Origin: Macrostomum hystrix | Lineage: Eukaryota > Animalia > Platyhelminthes | Length of the DNA stretch: 64,000 bases | Assembly: GCA_950097015.1 (NCBI GenBank) | Contig: CATNEN010000003.1 | Location: 10,540,001 to 10,604,000, forward strand | Reading direction: 5' to 3' | Shown: positions 35,870 through 45,924 of the stretch, piece by piece | Numbering within the stretch: position 1 is the first letter of the stretch | Layout: each line of letters begins with the position of its first letter | Made by a program: the position numbers and the translations under genes | The notes under the pieces: generated by a model | What the model was told of the DNA's origin: nothing | Database searches by the model: none | Seen by the model: the letters and a program-made list of their open reading frames with translations, nothing else

Positions 35870-36482
35870 GATTAGACTAGATTGAGTGAGATTAGATGTT
35901 GTGAGATTAGATGGTGTGAGATAAGATGGTGTGGGATTAGATGGTGTGAGATTAGATGGTGTGAGATAAGATGTTGTGAGATTAGATGGTGTAGGATTAG
36001 ATGTTGTGAGATTAGATGGTGTGAGATAAGATGTTGTGAGATTAGATGGTGTAGGATTAGATGTTGTGAGATTAGATGGTGTGAGATAAGATGTTGTGAG
36101 ATTAGATAGTGTAGGATTAGATGTTGTGAGATTAGATGGTGTGAGATAAGATGGTGTGGGATTAGATGGTGTGGGATTAGATAGTGTGAGATTAGATGGT
36201 GTGACATTAGATGGTGTGAGATTAGATGGTGTGAGATTAGATGGTGTGGGATTAGATGGTGTAGGATTAGATGTTGTGAGATTAGATGGTGTGAGATAAG
36301 ATGTTGTGAGATTAGACGGTGTAGGATTAGATGTTGTGAGATTAGATGGTGTGAGATAAGATGGTGTGGGATTAGATGGTGTGGGATTAGATGGCGTGAG
36401 ATAAGATGGTTTGGGATTAGATGGTGCGGGATTAGATGGTGTGGGATAAGATGGTGTGGGATTGGATGGCGTGAGATTAGAT
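35870..36482. repeat. 15-bp minisatellite (GAGATTAGATGGTGT)
   Basis: About 40 copies. Confidence 0.95.
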
Positions 36483-36629
36483 TATTTGAGAATACATGAG
36501 GCGGAAGATAGTTACTGTGATAATGGACTGAATTAGGTAGAAATAATTGTGAGTTGACATTAGATGAGGTGAGATTAGAAGCTAGAAAGAGCTCAGTTCT
36601 CAGCACACACATGCAATGATCATGCAAAA

Positions 36630-38438
36630 TCAATTGCGTATTATCTCCTTCTCGACTGCTTTAACACCATCACCATCGGCCGAGCAGTTCGCGCCCTTGT
36701 CGCGACAGACTCGCTCTCCGCCAATCAACTCGGAGCCCTCAGTGTCGCTGACATAATGCTGCATCCCTATGTAATAATTGGGCTGCAGCAACAGGGGAGC
36801 AGTGCTCAAAGCAATGAGATTTCTCGGCTGAAATGCCGACTTCCATTTGTCATTGGGATGCCGATCAAACATCACCGGCAGGTATTCATCAACGGCTATC
36901 AACCGATTGAGAGGCTGCTGATCGATGAGCTTTCTGGCGCCAGATTTAGTGATGGCGTAGCCAAGAGTCCAGTAGGTGTAGCCGGGACTAGCCAGAAATT
37001 CGGCCCCAGGTAATTTCACTTCCTCATCCGGGTACATGATCTTGCGGCCCAGGTACAGCAGCTCCCAGTTGGACCGCAGTCTGTCAGCCTCGGCCTTAGC
37101 CAGTTGAAGGCGCTCTTCAAAGTTTGGATAGAACCGAACGTCGTCTTCCAGTACAAGGACCCGGTTGAGGCCGGGATCATTGGCCAGGGCCTGCCAGATG
37201 GCGTGATGACTGAGGAAGCAGCCAACCTCGCCCATTGTGAGTCCCCTGCCGTGATACGGATCGGCGTAGCCAGTCAGTGACTGGATGCCCTTACTCTGCA
37301 GCCAGCTAGCGTTCAGCTGCCGACCATCGACTGCAGCGAGATGCTGCCAATCGATGCCCAACAGTGTCAGGGCGTAGCGCATTCGTTCCAGTCGGTCTGG
37401 TCGACGCGCCAAATTGATGACGAACACAAGATCGAAACCGAATCGACGCGGGGTCGGAGGTCGGGCGAATTCGGCCAGCGAGTCCGCCGGTTGCCAGGCG
37501 AATGAGCCGGCTTGGTGATAGTGAAACTCCAGCAAGGCGTGCTTGAACGCCCCGGCTTCCAGGTCGATGACGCTAATATTCTGATTGCTGTTGATTAAAC
37601 GCCTATCTTCAATGTTAGAATAGACACCAAAGTGCATGCTGTTGTCAAGAACCGGCTGGATTCCAGTCTTCGCCGCGGCCCAGGACATCACAGGCAGGTC
37701 GTCTATTGGCCAATGCCTGGGATAATCTTCCGGGATCGGAAAGAATTGGAATTGCGAAGTTGCGTCGGTTGACAAAGACAGCAGGAATGCGGAATGAATC
37801 ACAGCCACCGGGAATAGGCCGACGCGATTGCGTTTCTGAATGTCCATGTAGGTTGCTGATCGAGCATAGTAACCAGTTTCCGAGTCGATGTCGCCCCAGA
37901 AATTCGCTCCGAAACTCGGATCGCTGCTGCAGTTCAACAGAGGCGCAATCAGGCTGACGTTTCTCGATGCCAGATGTCGCAGGGTGTCCGGGTTGGTTAT
38001 CAGAACATCGGCGTCGAGATAGAACACAAACCGAGAAGCAAAATTGCGAGCCAAATCCAATGCCAACTGTCTCAGTTTGAGTACTTGAATAAATCTTTCA
38101 CTAATCCAATCGAGAGTCTGAGAATCTTCACCAGGATATTCGACTGGCGGTTCAACTGAACGAATTTGAATTCTCGCATATTTGTTTAAATTAGCGCGTT
38201 GCCAGGTGCGCAGCACAGTCAAACTATTGTCTATGGTATGATCCACAAAGAATAATAGAGACAGCCTGCTAGCATTGTAGTTGAATCGTTCAACACCAGC
38301 TAGAGTGTAGGGCAGAGCGAAGGCCTTGTTGCGAACCAGCATTGCGATCGTAACGAATGAATCATCAGCTTCAAGACTGCATGATGCTGGCTTCAAAGAC
38401 CACAGTAGCGTCGATAGAAGGACAATGATTAGCTTCAT
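36630..38438 (-). CDS. COLGALT1-like: Procollagen galactosyltransferase (COLGALT/GLT25D, GT25 family), intronless CDS, ~602 aa
   Basis: Signal peptide MKLIIVLLSTLLWSL (ATG 38438; the track's 38447 start is TTG); motifs LVRNKAFALP, DADVLITNPDTL, NFWG, FDLVFVINLARRPDRLERM, GEVGCFLSH, LEDDVRF, LLYLGRK, YWTLGY, VDEYLP, YVSDTE. Confidence 0.93.
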   Translation of the reverse strand: MKLIIVLLSTLLWSLKPASCSLEADDSFVTIAMLVRNKAFALPYTLAGVERFNYNASRLSLLFFVDHTIDNSLTVLRTWQRANLNKYARIQIRSVEPPVEYPGEDSQTLDWISERFIQVLKLRQLALDLARNFASRFVFYLDADVLITNPDTLRHLASRNVSLIAPLLNCSSDPSFGANFWGDIDSETGYYARSATYMDIQKRNRVGLFPVAVIHSAFLLSLSTDATSQFQFFPIPEDYPRHWPIDDLPVMSWAAAKTGIQPVLDNSMHFGVYSNIEDRRLINSNQNISVIDLEAGAFKHALLEFHYHQAGSFAWQPADSLAEFARPPTPRRFGFDLVFVINLARRPDRLERMRYALTLLGIDWQHLAAVDGRQLNASWLQSKGIQSLTGYADPYHGRGLTMGEVGCFLSHHAIWQALANDPGLNRVLVLEDDVRFYPNFEERLQLAKAEADRLRSNWELLYLGRKIMYPDEEVKLPGAEFLASPGYTYWTLGYAITKSGARKLIDQQPLNRLIAVDEYLPVMFDRHPNDKWKSAFQPRNLIALSTAPLLLQPNYYIGMQHYVSDTEGSELIGGERVCRDKGANCSADGDGVKAVEKEIIRN

Positions 38439-38874
38439 TCTATTCAATCGTCGATAATGCTTAGTCCAGTTATTTTACAGTCAAAATCGTGCGTTTTTTG
38501 CAGTAGAAGTCTGTTTGTGCGCGCAAATTTATCAATATCGTCATGAAACTTTCCACTTTCAATTCCTCCAAACAACATCCCAGTTTCTTAGAATACGTAT
38601 TTGGCGTTGGCGTACAGCAGCAACAGGTTGGACAGGAGAGAGGTCGATACACGGTTTTTAGAACCTACCCCCCCTACTTCACCGCACGTACGTCTGCCCA
38701 ACTTTGTGTACACTGGGCAACACCAACCCCATCCACAAATTTTCTGAAACCAGCTTCCTCTCCTCTGCCCTGAACACACAGGACTTACCGCACCTTTCAA
38801 CTTGTCTTACCCACCAGAATGTGGCGATTCAGGCTAAGCTGAGGCACCGTATTGCGATTTCATTCTGGGGTAGA

Positions 38875-41615
38875 CATTCTTCCCCTTTCTGTGTCATTCT
38901 TCCCCTTTCTATGTCATTCTTCCCCTTTCTATGTCATTCTTCCCCTTTCTGTGTCATTCTTTCCCTTTCTATTTCATTCTTCCCCTTTCTGTGTCATTCT
39001 TCCCCTTTCTTTGTCATTCTTCCCATTTCTGTGTCATTCTTCCCCTTTCTGTGTTATTCTTCCCCTTTCTATGTCATTCTTCCCCTTTCTATGTCATTCT
39101 TCCCCTTTCTGTGTCATTCTTTCCCTTTCTATTTCATTCTTCCCCTTTCTGTGTCATTCTTCCCCTTTCTTTGTCATTCTTCCCATTTCTGTGTCATTCT
39201 TCCCCTTTCTGTGTCATTCTTCCCATTTCTGTGTCATTCTTCCCCTTTCTTTGTCATTCTTCCCCTTTCTGTGTCATTCTTCCCCTTTCTTTGTCATTCT
39301 TCCCCTTTCTGTGTCATTCTTCCCCTTTCTTTGTCATTCTTCCCCTTTCTATGTCATTCTTCCCCTTTCTGTGTCATTCTTCCCCTTTCTTTGTCATTCT
39401 TCCCCTTTCTATGTCATTCTTCCCCTTTCTGTGTCATTCTTCTCTTTTCTGTGTCATTCTTCTCCTTTCTGTATCATTCTTCTCCTTTCTATATCATTCT
39501 TCTCCTTTCTATGTCATTCTTTCCCTTTCTATGTCATTTTTTCCCTTTCTGTTTCATTCTTCTCCTTTCTGTATCATTCTTCTCCTTTCTATGTCATTCT
39601 TCTCCTTTCTGTGTCATTCTTTCCCTTTCTGTGTCATTCTTCCCCTTTCTATGTCATTCTTCCCCCTTTCTGTATCATTCTTCTCCTTTCTATGTCATTC
39701 TTTCCCTTTCTATGTCATTCTTTCCCTTTCTGTGTCATTCTTCCCCTTTCTGTGTCATTCTTCTCCTTTCTGTATCGTTCTTCTCCTTTCTATGTCATTC
39801 TTTCCCTTTCTATGTCATTCTTCCCCTTTCTGTGTCATTCTTCCCCTTTCTGTGTCATTCTTCTCCTTTCTATGTCATTCTTTCCCTTTCTGTGTCATTC
39901 TTCTCTTTTCTGTGTCATTCTTCACCTTTCTGTGTCATTCTTCCCCTTTCTGTGTCATTCTTCCCCTTTCTGTGTCATTCTTCTCCTTTCTATGTCATTC
40001 TTCCCCTTTCTCTATCATTCTTCCCATTTCTGTGTCATTCTTCTACTTTCTGTGTCATTCTTCCCCTTTCTATGTCATTCTTCCCCTTTCTGTGTCATTC
40101 TTCACCTTTCTGTGTCATTCTTCCCCTTTCTGTGTCATTCTTCCCCTTTCTGTGTCATTCTTCCCCTTTCTGTGTCATTCTTTCCCTTTCTGTGTCATTC
40201 TTCCCCTTTCTCTATCATTCTTCCCATTTCTGTGTCATTCTTCTACTTTCTGTGTCATTCTTCCCCTTTCTATGTCATTCTTCCCCTTTCTGTGTCATTC
40301 TTCCCCCTTTCTGTCTCTTTCTTCTCCTATCTTCCCCTTTCTGTGTCATTCTTCACCTTTCTGTGTCATTCTTCCCCTTTCTGTGTCATTCTTTCCCTTT
40401 CTATGTCATTTTTCTCCTTTATATGTCATTCTTCCCCTTTCTATGTCATTCTTCCCCTTTCTGTGTCATTCTTCCCTCTTTCTGTCTCTTTCTTCTCCTA
40501 TCTTCCCTTTTCTGTGTCATTCTTCCCCCTTTCTGTGTCATTCTTCCCCTTTCGGTGTCATTCTTCCCCTTTCTGTGTCATTCTTCCCCTTTCTGTGTCA
40601 TTCTTCCCCTTTCTATGTCATTCTTCCCCTTTCTGTGTCATTTTTCTCCTTTCTATGTCATTCTTCCCCTTTCTATGTCATTCTTCACCTTTCTGTGTCA
40701 TTCTTCCCTCTTTCTGTCTCTTTCTTCTCCTATCTTCCCCTTTCTGTGTCATTCTTCCCCCTTTCTGTGTCATTCTTCCCCTTTCTGTGTCATTCTTCCC
40801 CTTTCTGTGTCATTCTTCCCCTTTCTGTGTCATTCTTCCCCCTTTCTGTGTCATTCTTCCCCTTTCTGTGTCATTCTTCCCCTTTCTGTGTCATTCTTCC
40901 CCTTTCTGTGTCATTCTTCCCCTTTCTATGTCATTCTTCCCCTTTCTGTGTCATTTTTCTCCTTTCTATGTCATTCTTCCCCTTTCTATGTCATTCTTCA
41001 CCTTTCTGTGTCATTCTTCCCTCTTTCTGTCTCTTTCTTCTCCTATCTTCCCCTTTCTGTGTCATTCTTCCCCCTTTCTGTGTCATTCTTCCCCTTTCTG
41101 TGTCATTCTTCCCCTTTCTGTGTCATTCTTCCCCTTTCTGTGTCATTCTTTCCCTTTCTGTGTCATTCTTTCCCTTTCTGTGTGATTCCTTCCCTTTCTG
41201 TGTCATTCTTTCCCTTTCTTTGTCATTCTTCTCCTTTCTGTGTCATTCTTCCCCTTTTCTCTATCATTCTTCCCATTTCTGTGTCATTATTCTACTTTCT
41301 GTGTCATTCTTCCCCTTTCTATGTCATTCTTCCCCTTTCTGTGTCTTTCTTCTCCTATCTTCCCCTTTCTGTGTCATTCTTCCCCCTTTCTGTCTCTTTC
41401 TTCTCCTATCTTCCCCTTTCTGTGTCATTCTTCCACTTTTCTGTCTCTTTCTTCCCCTTTCTGTGTCATTCTTCCCCTTTCTGTGTCATTCTTCCCCTTT
41501 CTGTGTCATTCTTCCCCTTTCTGTGTCATTCTTCCCCTTTCTGTGTCATTCTTCCCCTTTCTGTGTAATTCTTCCCCCTTTCTATGTCATTCTTCCCCTT
41601 TCTATGTCATTCTCC
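38875..41615 (+). repeat. 20-bp minisatellite (TCATTCTTCCCCTTTCTGTG), left arm of an inverted pair
   Basis: About 135 copies; reverse complement of the 42281-43366 array. Confidence 0.97.
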
Positions 41616-41704
41616 TTGCAAAAGATCATTGAACAGCAAAATCCTAAGCGAAATAAAAAGTGAGGAAATGATCTCAGAGAGCGAATGCTCACATGGCAAC
41701 TCAC

Positions 41705-42187
41705 CGCATCTGTCAGCTGGCGGCACTCGTCTCTGAGCTCCTCTTCAGCTTGGTCTCTCATTTGGCGCTCCCTGTCTCGCTCTCTCTCCCGCTCCCTCTC
41801 GCGTTCTCGCTCTCTGTCGCGCAGCTCCCTGACCCACTGGACCGCGGCTGCGACATTGGACGCTGGCGGCGGCGGAGGCAGCGTGAACGTCGGAGGCGGA
41901 GGCAACGGCTGCGGCGGCACATTCGGTTGCCGCGGATGTCGTCTAGAATAGCGAGGTGGGTTTAACATGCACGGCTCCGAAGCAGCAGCAGCAGCCGCTG
42001 CCAGCATAGCAACGCGATCTGACATCATTGTGTCTTCCTCGAAGTCGGACAGTGAGCCAGTTGGCGTCTGATTGCCGTCTAGTCGGCGACGTCTCAGCTG
42101 TCGCAGAAATCGCCTACGATGAGGTCCTTCGCTGCCTGAGCAGGCTTCGAGCAACTCGTCTGTTCCGTCTGAGTTTGGCGACTCGAC
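41705..42187 (-). CDS. Coiled-coil/Pro-rich protein, 483-nt symmetric (phase 0/0) exon
   Basis: Acceptor catctccgccAG at 42188; VESPNSDG...RERERE...EELRDECRQLTDA; donor GCG|GTGAGT at 41704; in-frame heptad continuity with exon 32508. Confidence 0.8.
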
Positions 42188-42280
42188 CTGGCGGAGATGG
42201 AGGGGTAAAAACAGGGGGAGAATGAAACGGAGGGGTAGAAACAGGGGGAAAATGAACAAGAGGGGAACTGAAATAGAAAT

Positions 42281-43366
42281 GGGAAGAAAGAGACAGAAAG
42301 GGGAACAATGACACAGAAAGGGGGAAGAATGACACAGAAAGGGGAAGATAGGGGAAGAATGACACAGAAAGGGGGAAGAATGACACAGAAAGGGGGAAGA
42401 ATGACACAGAAAGGGGGAAGAATGACACAGAAAGGGAGAAGAATTACACAGAAAGGGGAAGATAGGGGAAGAATGACACAGAAAGGGGAAGATAGGGGAA
42501 GAATGACACAGAAAGGGGAAGAATGACACAGAAAGGGGGAAGAATGACACAGAAAGGGGAAGATAGGGGAAGAATGACACAGAAAGGGGAACAATGACAC
42601 AGAAAGGGGGAAGAATTACACAGAAAGGGGAAGAATGACACAGAAAGGGGAAGATAGGGGAAGAATGACACAGAAAGGGGGAAGAATTACACAGAAAGGG
42701 GAAGAATGACACAGAAAGGGGAAGATAGGGGAAGAATGACACAGAAAGGGGGAAGAATGACACAGAAAGGGGAAGAATGACACAGAAAGGGGAAGATAGG
42801 GGAAGAATGACACAGAAAGGGGAAGATAGGGGAAGAATGACACAGAAAGGGGAAGAATGACACAGAAAAGGGGAAGAATTACACAGAAAGGGGAAGATAG
42901 GGGAAGAATGACACAGAAAGGGGAAGATAGGGGAAGAATGACACAGAAAGGGGAACAATGACACAGAAAGGGGGAAGAATTACACAGAAAGGGGAAGATG
43001 GGGGAAGAATGACACAGAAAGGGGAACAATGACACAGAAAGGGGGAAGAATTGCACAGAAAGGGGAAAAATGACACAGAAAGGGGAAGATAGGGGAAGAA
43101 TGACACAGAAAGGGGAACAATGACACAGAAAGGGGGAAGAATTACACAGAAAGGGGGAAGAATTACACAGAAAGGGGAAGATAGGGGAAGAATGACACAG
43201 AAAGGGGGAAGAATGACACAGAAAGGGGGAAGAATGACACAGAAAGGGGAAAGAATGACACAGAAAGGGGAAGATAGGGGAAGAATGGCACAGAAAGGGG
43301 AAGATAGGGGAAGAATGACACAGAAAGGGGAAGATAGGGGAAGAATGACACAGAAAGGGGAAGAAT
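42281..43366 (-). repeat. Same 20-bp family in inverted orientation (GAATGACACAGAAAGGGGAA), right arm
   Basis: Reverse complement of the 38875-41615 unit, including shared variants. Confidence 0.97.
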
Positions 43367-44019
43367 ATACGAGCACTTGTTCTCACCTTCAGGAAACTTG
43401 CACTCGCAAGTCAAATTTGATCAAGATTGAGTTCCTTCCTTTTTCGTCTTTGAAAATGAGAAACTTTCAAGTGGAAGAAGCTGTTACTATGAAGCGGGAA
43501 ATAGGTAGCAATGGATTGTTTGGTGCAAGTGCTCACATAAAACTGCCTTACAGCCCGCATCGACCAATCAAAGAGCTTCTAAAGCACATTTCTGGCTGTC
43601 TGCTTCTGCTAACCAAGTCTCGTCCCTCTCTTTCTCTTCCCAACTTCCACCCTGTACTATGCAATTTGCTACCCAAACTTTGGGATTTTTTGGGGATGCT
43701 AAACCCAAAGCCAGGGCTGAAAATTTATGAGCAGGTAGGGCGGCTACGCGTGAGTCACAAAAGTGGAAGGGAGAACACGCATGAGTATAAGTATGAGCAT
43801 CATATTCATGAGTATAGCTGTTGAGGAGATAGGATTGAAAGTCTTTAGGACCGGTTCTATGAAGAGATGGCACATTACCAAGAACCAGGTAGAAGTAAGG
43901 GCATTGTTGTCCTTACAAGAACAGACGGGCACACTCACATTGATGTCACGAAAATTCAAGACATGAAAAACTAAACTTCTTATTTAGTAGCAATGGATTA
44001 GCTAACATGTTAAGGACTT

Positions 44020-44733
44020 TAGATTTGAGACACTCGAAATCTCATCCTAGAATATTTGAGACACTCGAAATCTCATCCCAGTACATTTGAGACACTCGAA
44101 ATCTCATCCTAGAAGATTTGAAGCACTCGAAATCTCATCCTAGAATATTTGAGACACTCACAATCTCATCCCAGTACATTCAAAACACTCAAAATCTCAT
44201 CCTAGTAGATTTGAGAGACTCAAAATCTCACCTCAGAAGATTTGAGACACCCAAAATCTCACCCCAGTAGATTTCAGACACTCAAAATCTCACCCAGTAG
44301 ATTTGAGACACTCAAAATCTCATCCTACTACATTTGAGACACTCAAAATCTCATTCTAGTAGATTTGAGACACTCGAAATCTCACCCTAGTAGATTTTAG
44401 ACAATTGAAATCTCACCCTAGTAGATTTGAGACGCTCAAAATCTCACACTAGTAGATTTGAGACACTCGGAATCTCACCCTAGTAGATTTGAGACAATCG
44501 AAATCTCACCCTAGTAGATTTGAGACAATTGAAATCTCACCCTAGTAGGTTTGAGACAATCGAAATCTCACCATAGTAGATTTTAGACAATTGAAATCTC
44601 ATCTCACCCTAGTAGATTTGAGACACTCGGAATCTCACCCTAGTAGATTTGAGACAATCGAAATCTCACCCTAGTAGATTTGAGACAATCGAAGTCTCAC
44701 CCTAGTAGGTTTGAGACAATCGAAATCTCACCC
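44020..44733. repeat. 31-bp minisatellite overlapping a 5' splice site (GAAATCTCACCCTAGTAGATTTGAGACAATC)
   Basis: About 23 copies; the last copy contains the exon donor at 44731. Confidence 0.93.
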
Positions 44734-45544
44734 TCTCAGTTTTCAAGCTCTCCGCAGATTTAGGCTCCGGTGTGGCCCCGGCCCCGCCGTCTCGAGCTGG
44801 TTCTCGAGCTTCCGGACCTTCGTGAAATTGCGACTCCGTTGATCGGAAAACCAACTGAGATTTTGAGTGTTCCGATTTGACATCATTTTTAGTCGCTTGG
44901 GTAACGATTTTCGAAGCTCTTAAAATCGGCTTTGTTGCTGCCGCGGTTGTTGTCGTTGGTTTTGTTTCTATGGCAACAGTGGGTTGCTGAACCACCCTTG
45001 TACTCGCAGTCGTAGTCTTTGTTTCTACTTTTACAGCCGGGTGTACTTTTGTTTCCATAGAAACAACAGGACGCGGTGATTTTGGCGTCGATTCAATTCG
45101 ACGAGTTTCCATAGCAACTACTAGGTTCAAAGAATTAGACTTTGTTTCCTTGACAACGGTCGGCTTAGACGATGAAGTCACTTGAGTCAAGAGCTCCCGT
45201 TTGAGCCGTTCTCTTTCAGCAACGGAAATTTCTTCTACAACTTTGCTTTCCACTGTGACAGCGGCAATTTGTTTCGTGTCGTTTCTGCCGCGCTGCCTGG
45301 CTTGCAAAAGCAACTCGGGATCAGGAAACGATGCTGAACCTGTCTGCTGCTGCTGCTGCTGTTGAGACGGTGGCGGCAAGCGCTTGACCTGAACTGGTTG
45401 CATATCGGACTCATCCGCACTCACATTATGAGTAGCATTATTAATAGCCGATGAGCTTAACTGATCAATTTTCTGTCTGCGTCTGTTCTGCAAGAAATCG
45501 TCCGGATCGGGCAGAGAATTTGTTGTCTTCGTTGCCATGGAGAC
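44732..45544 (-). CDS. Coiled-coil/Pro-rich protein, large N-terminal exon (low complexity, ETK-repeat-rich)
   Basis: Open frame of 271 codons; donor AGG|GTGAGA at 44731 (phase 0, compatible with exon 42187). Either acceptor aatcAG at 45545 with a 7-codon first exon 45652-45632 (ATG...TTT|GTACGT), or a start at the ATG of MATK. Linkage to downstream exons rests on phase only. Confidence 0.65.
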
Positions 45545-45924
45545 CTGATTTTCGATTCTTCGCAATTTTTTTTCTTCCAGAAGCAATTAGATAAGATGGC
45601 CGCTGTGGCCGCAGAGGAAGATGACACGTACAAACATAAATTCTTCTGTCATCGGTAGGTAATATAGCTCAGGCTTAAACTTTCTTCACAAGCCACCCCA
45701 CCCCGCCTTTGTTTGAATAGCCGGCAAGAAAATTTTGCTTTTGTTTAAACAATGGATTACAGGAACACGGCACAGACACAGATCGTGAACTGAAGAACTG
45801 AACATTGCGGTCTGTTTATTTGCGAAACGTTTTAGAAATGCTCAGCTCATTATTTAATTTGAGTTACCTATTAGGTTGCATTGCACTCCGATTTAAGACA
45901 ATAAAATTTCTGATGATAAGAACT

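Noticed and set aside
38704-41663. Long hydrophobic ORFs (954, 910, 777 aa) and similar ORFs at 17312, 20657, 22088, 24693, 32433, 34464, 35872, 46417 and 59339
   Set aside because: All are minisatellite translations, usually open in several overlapping frames.
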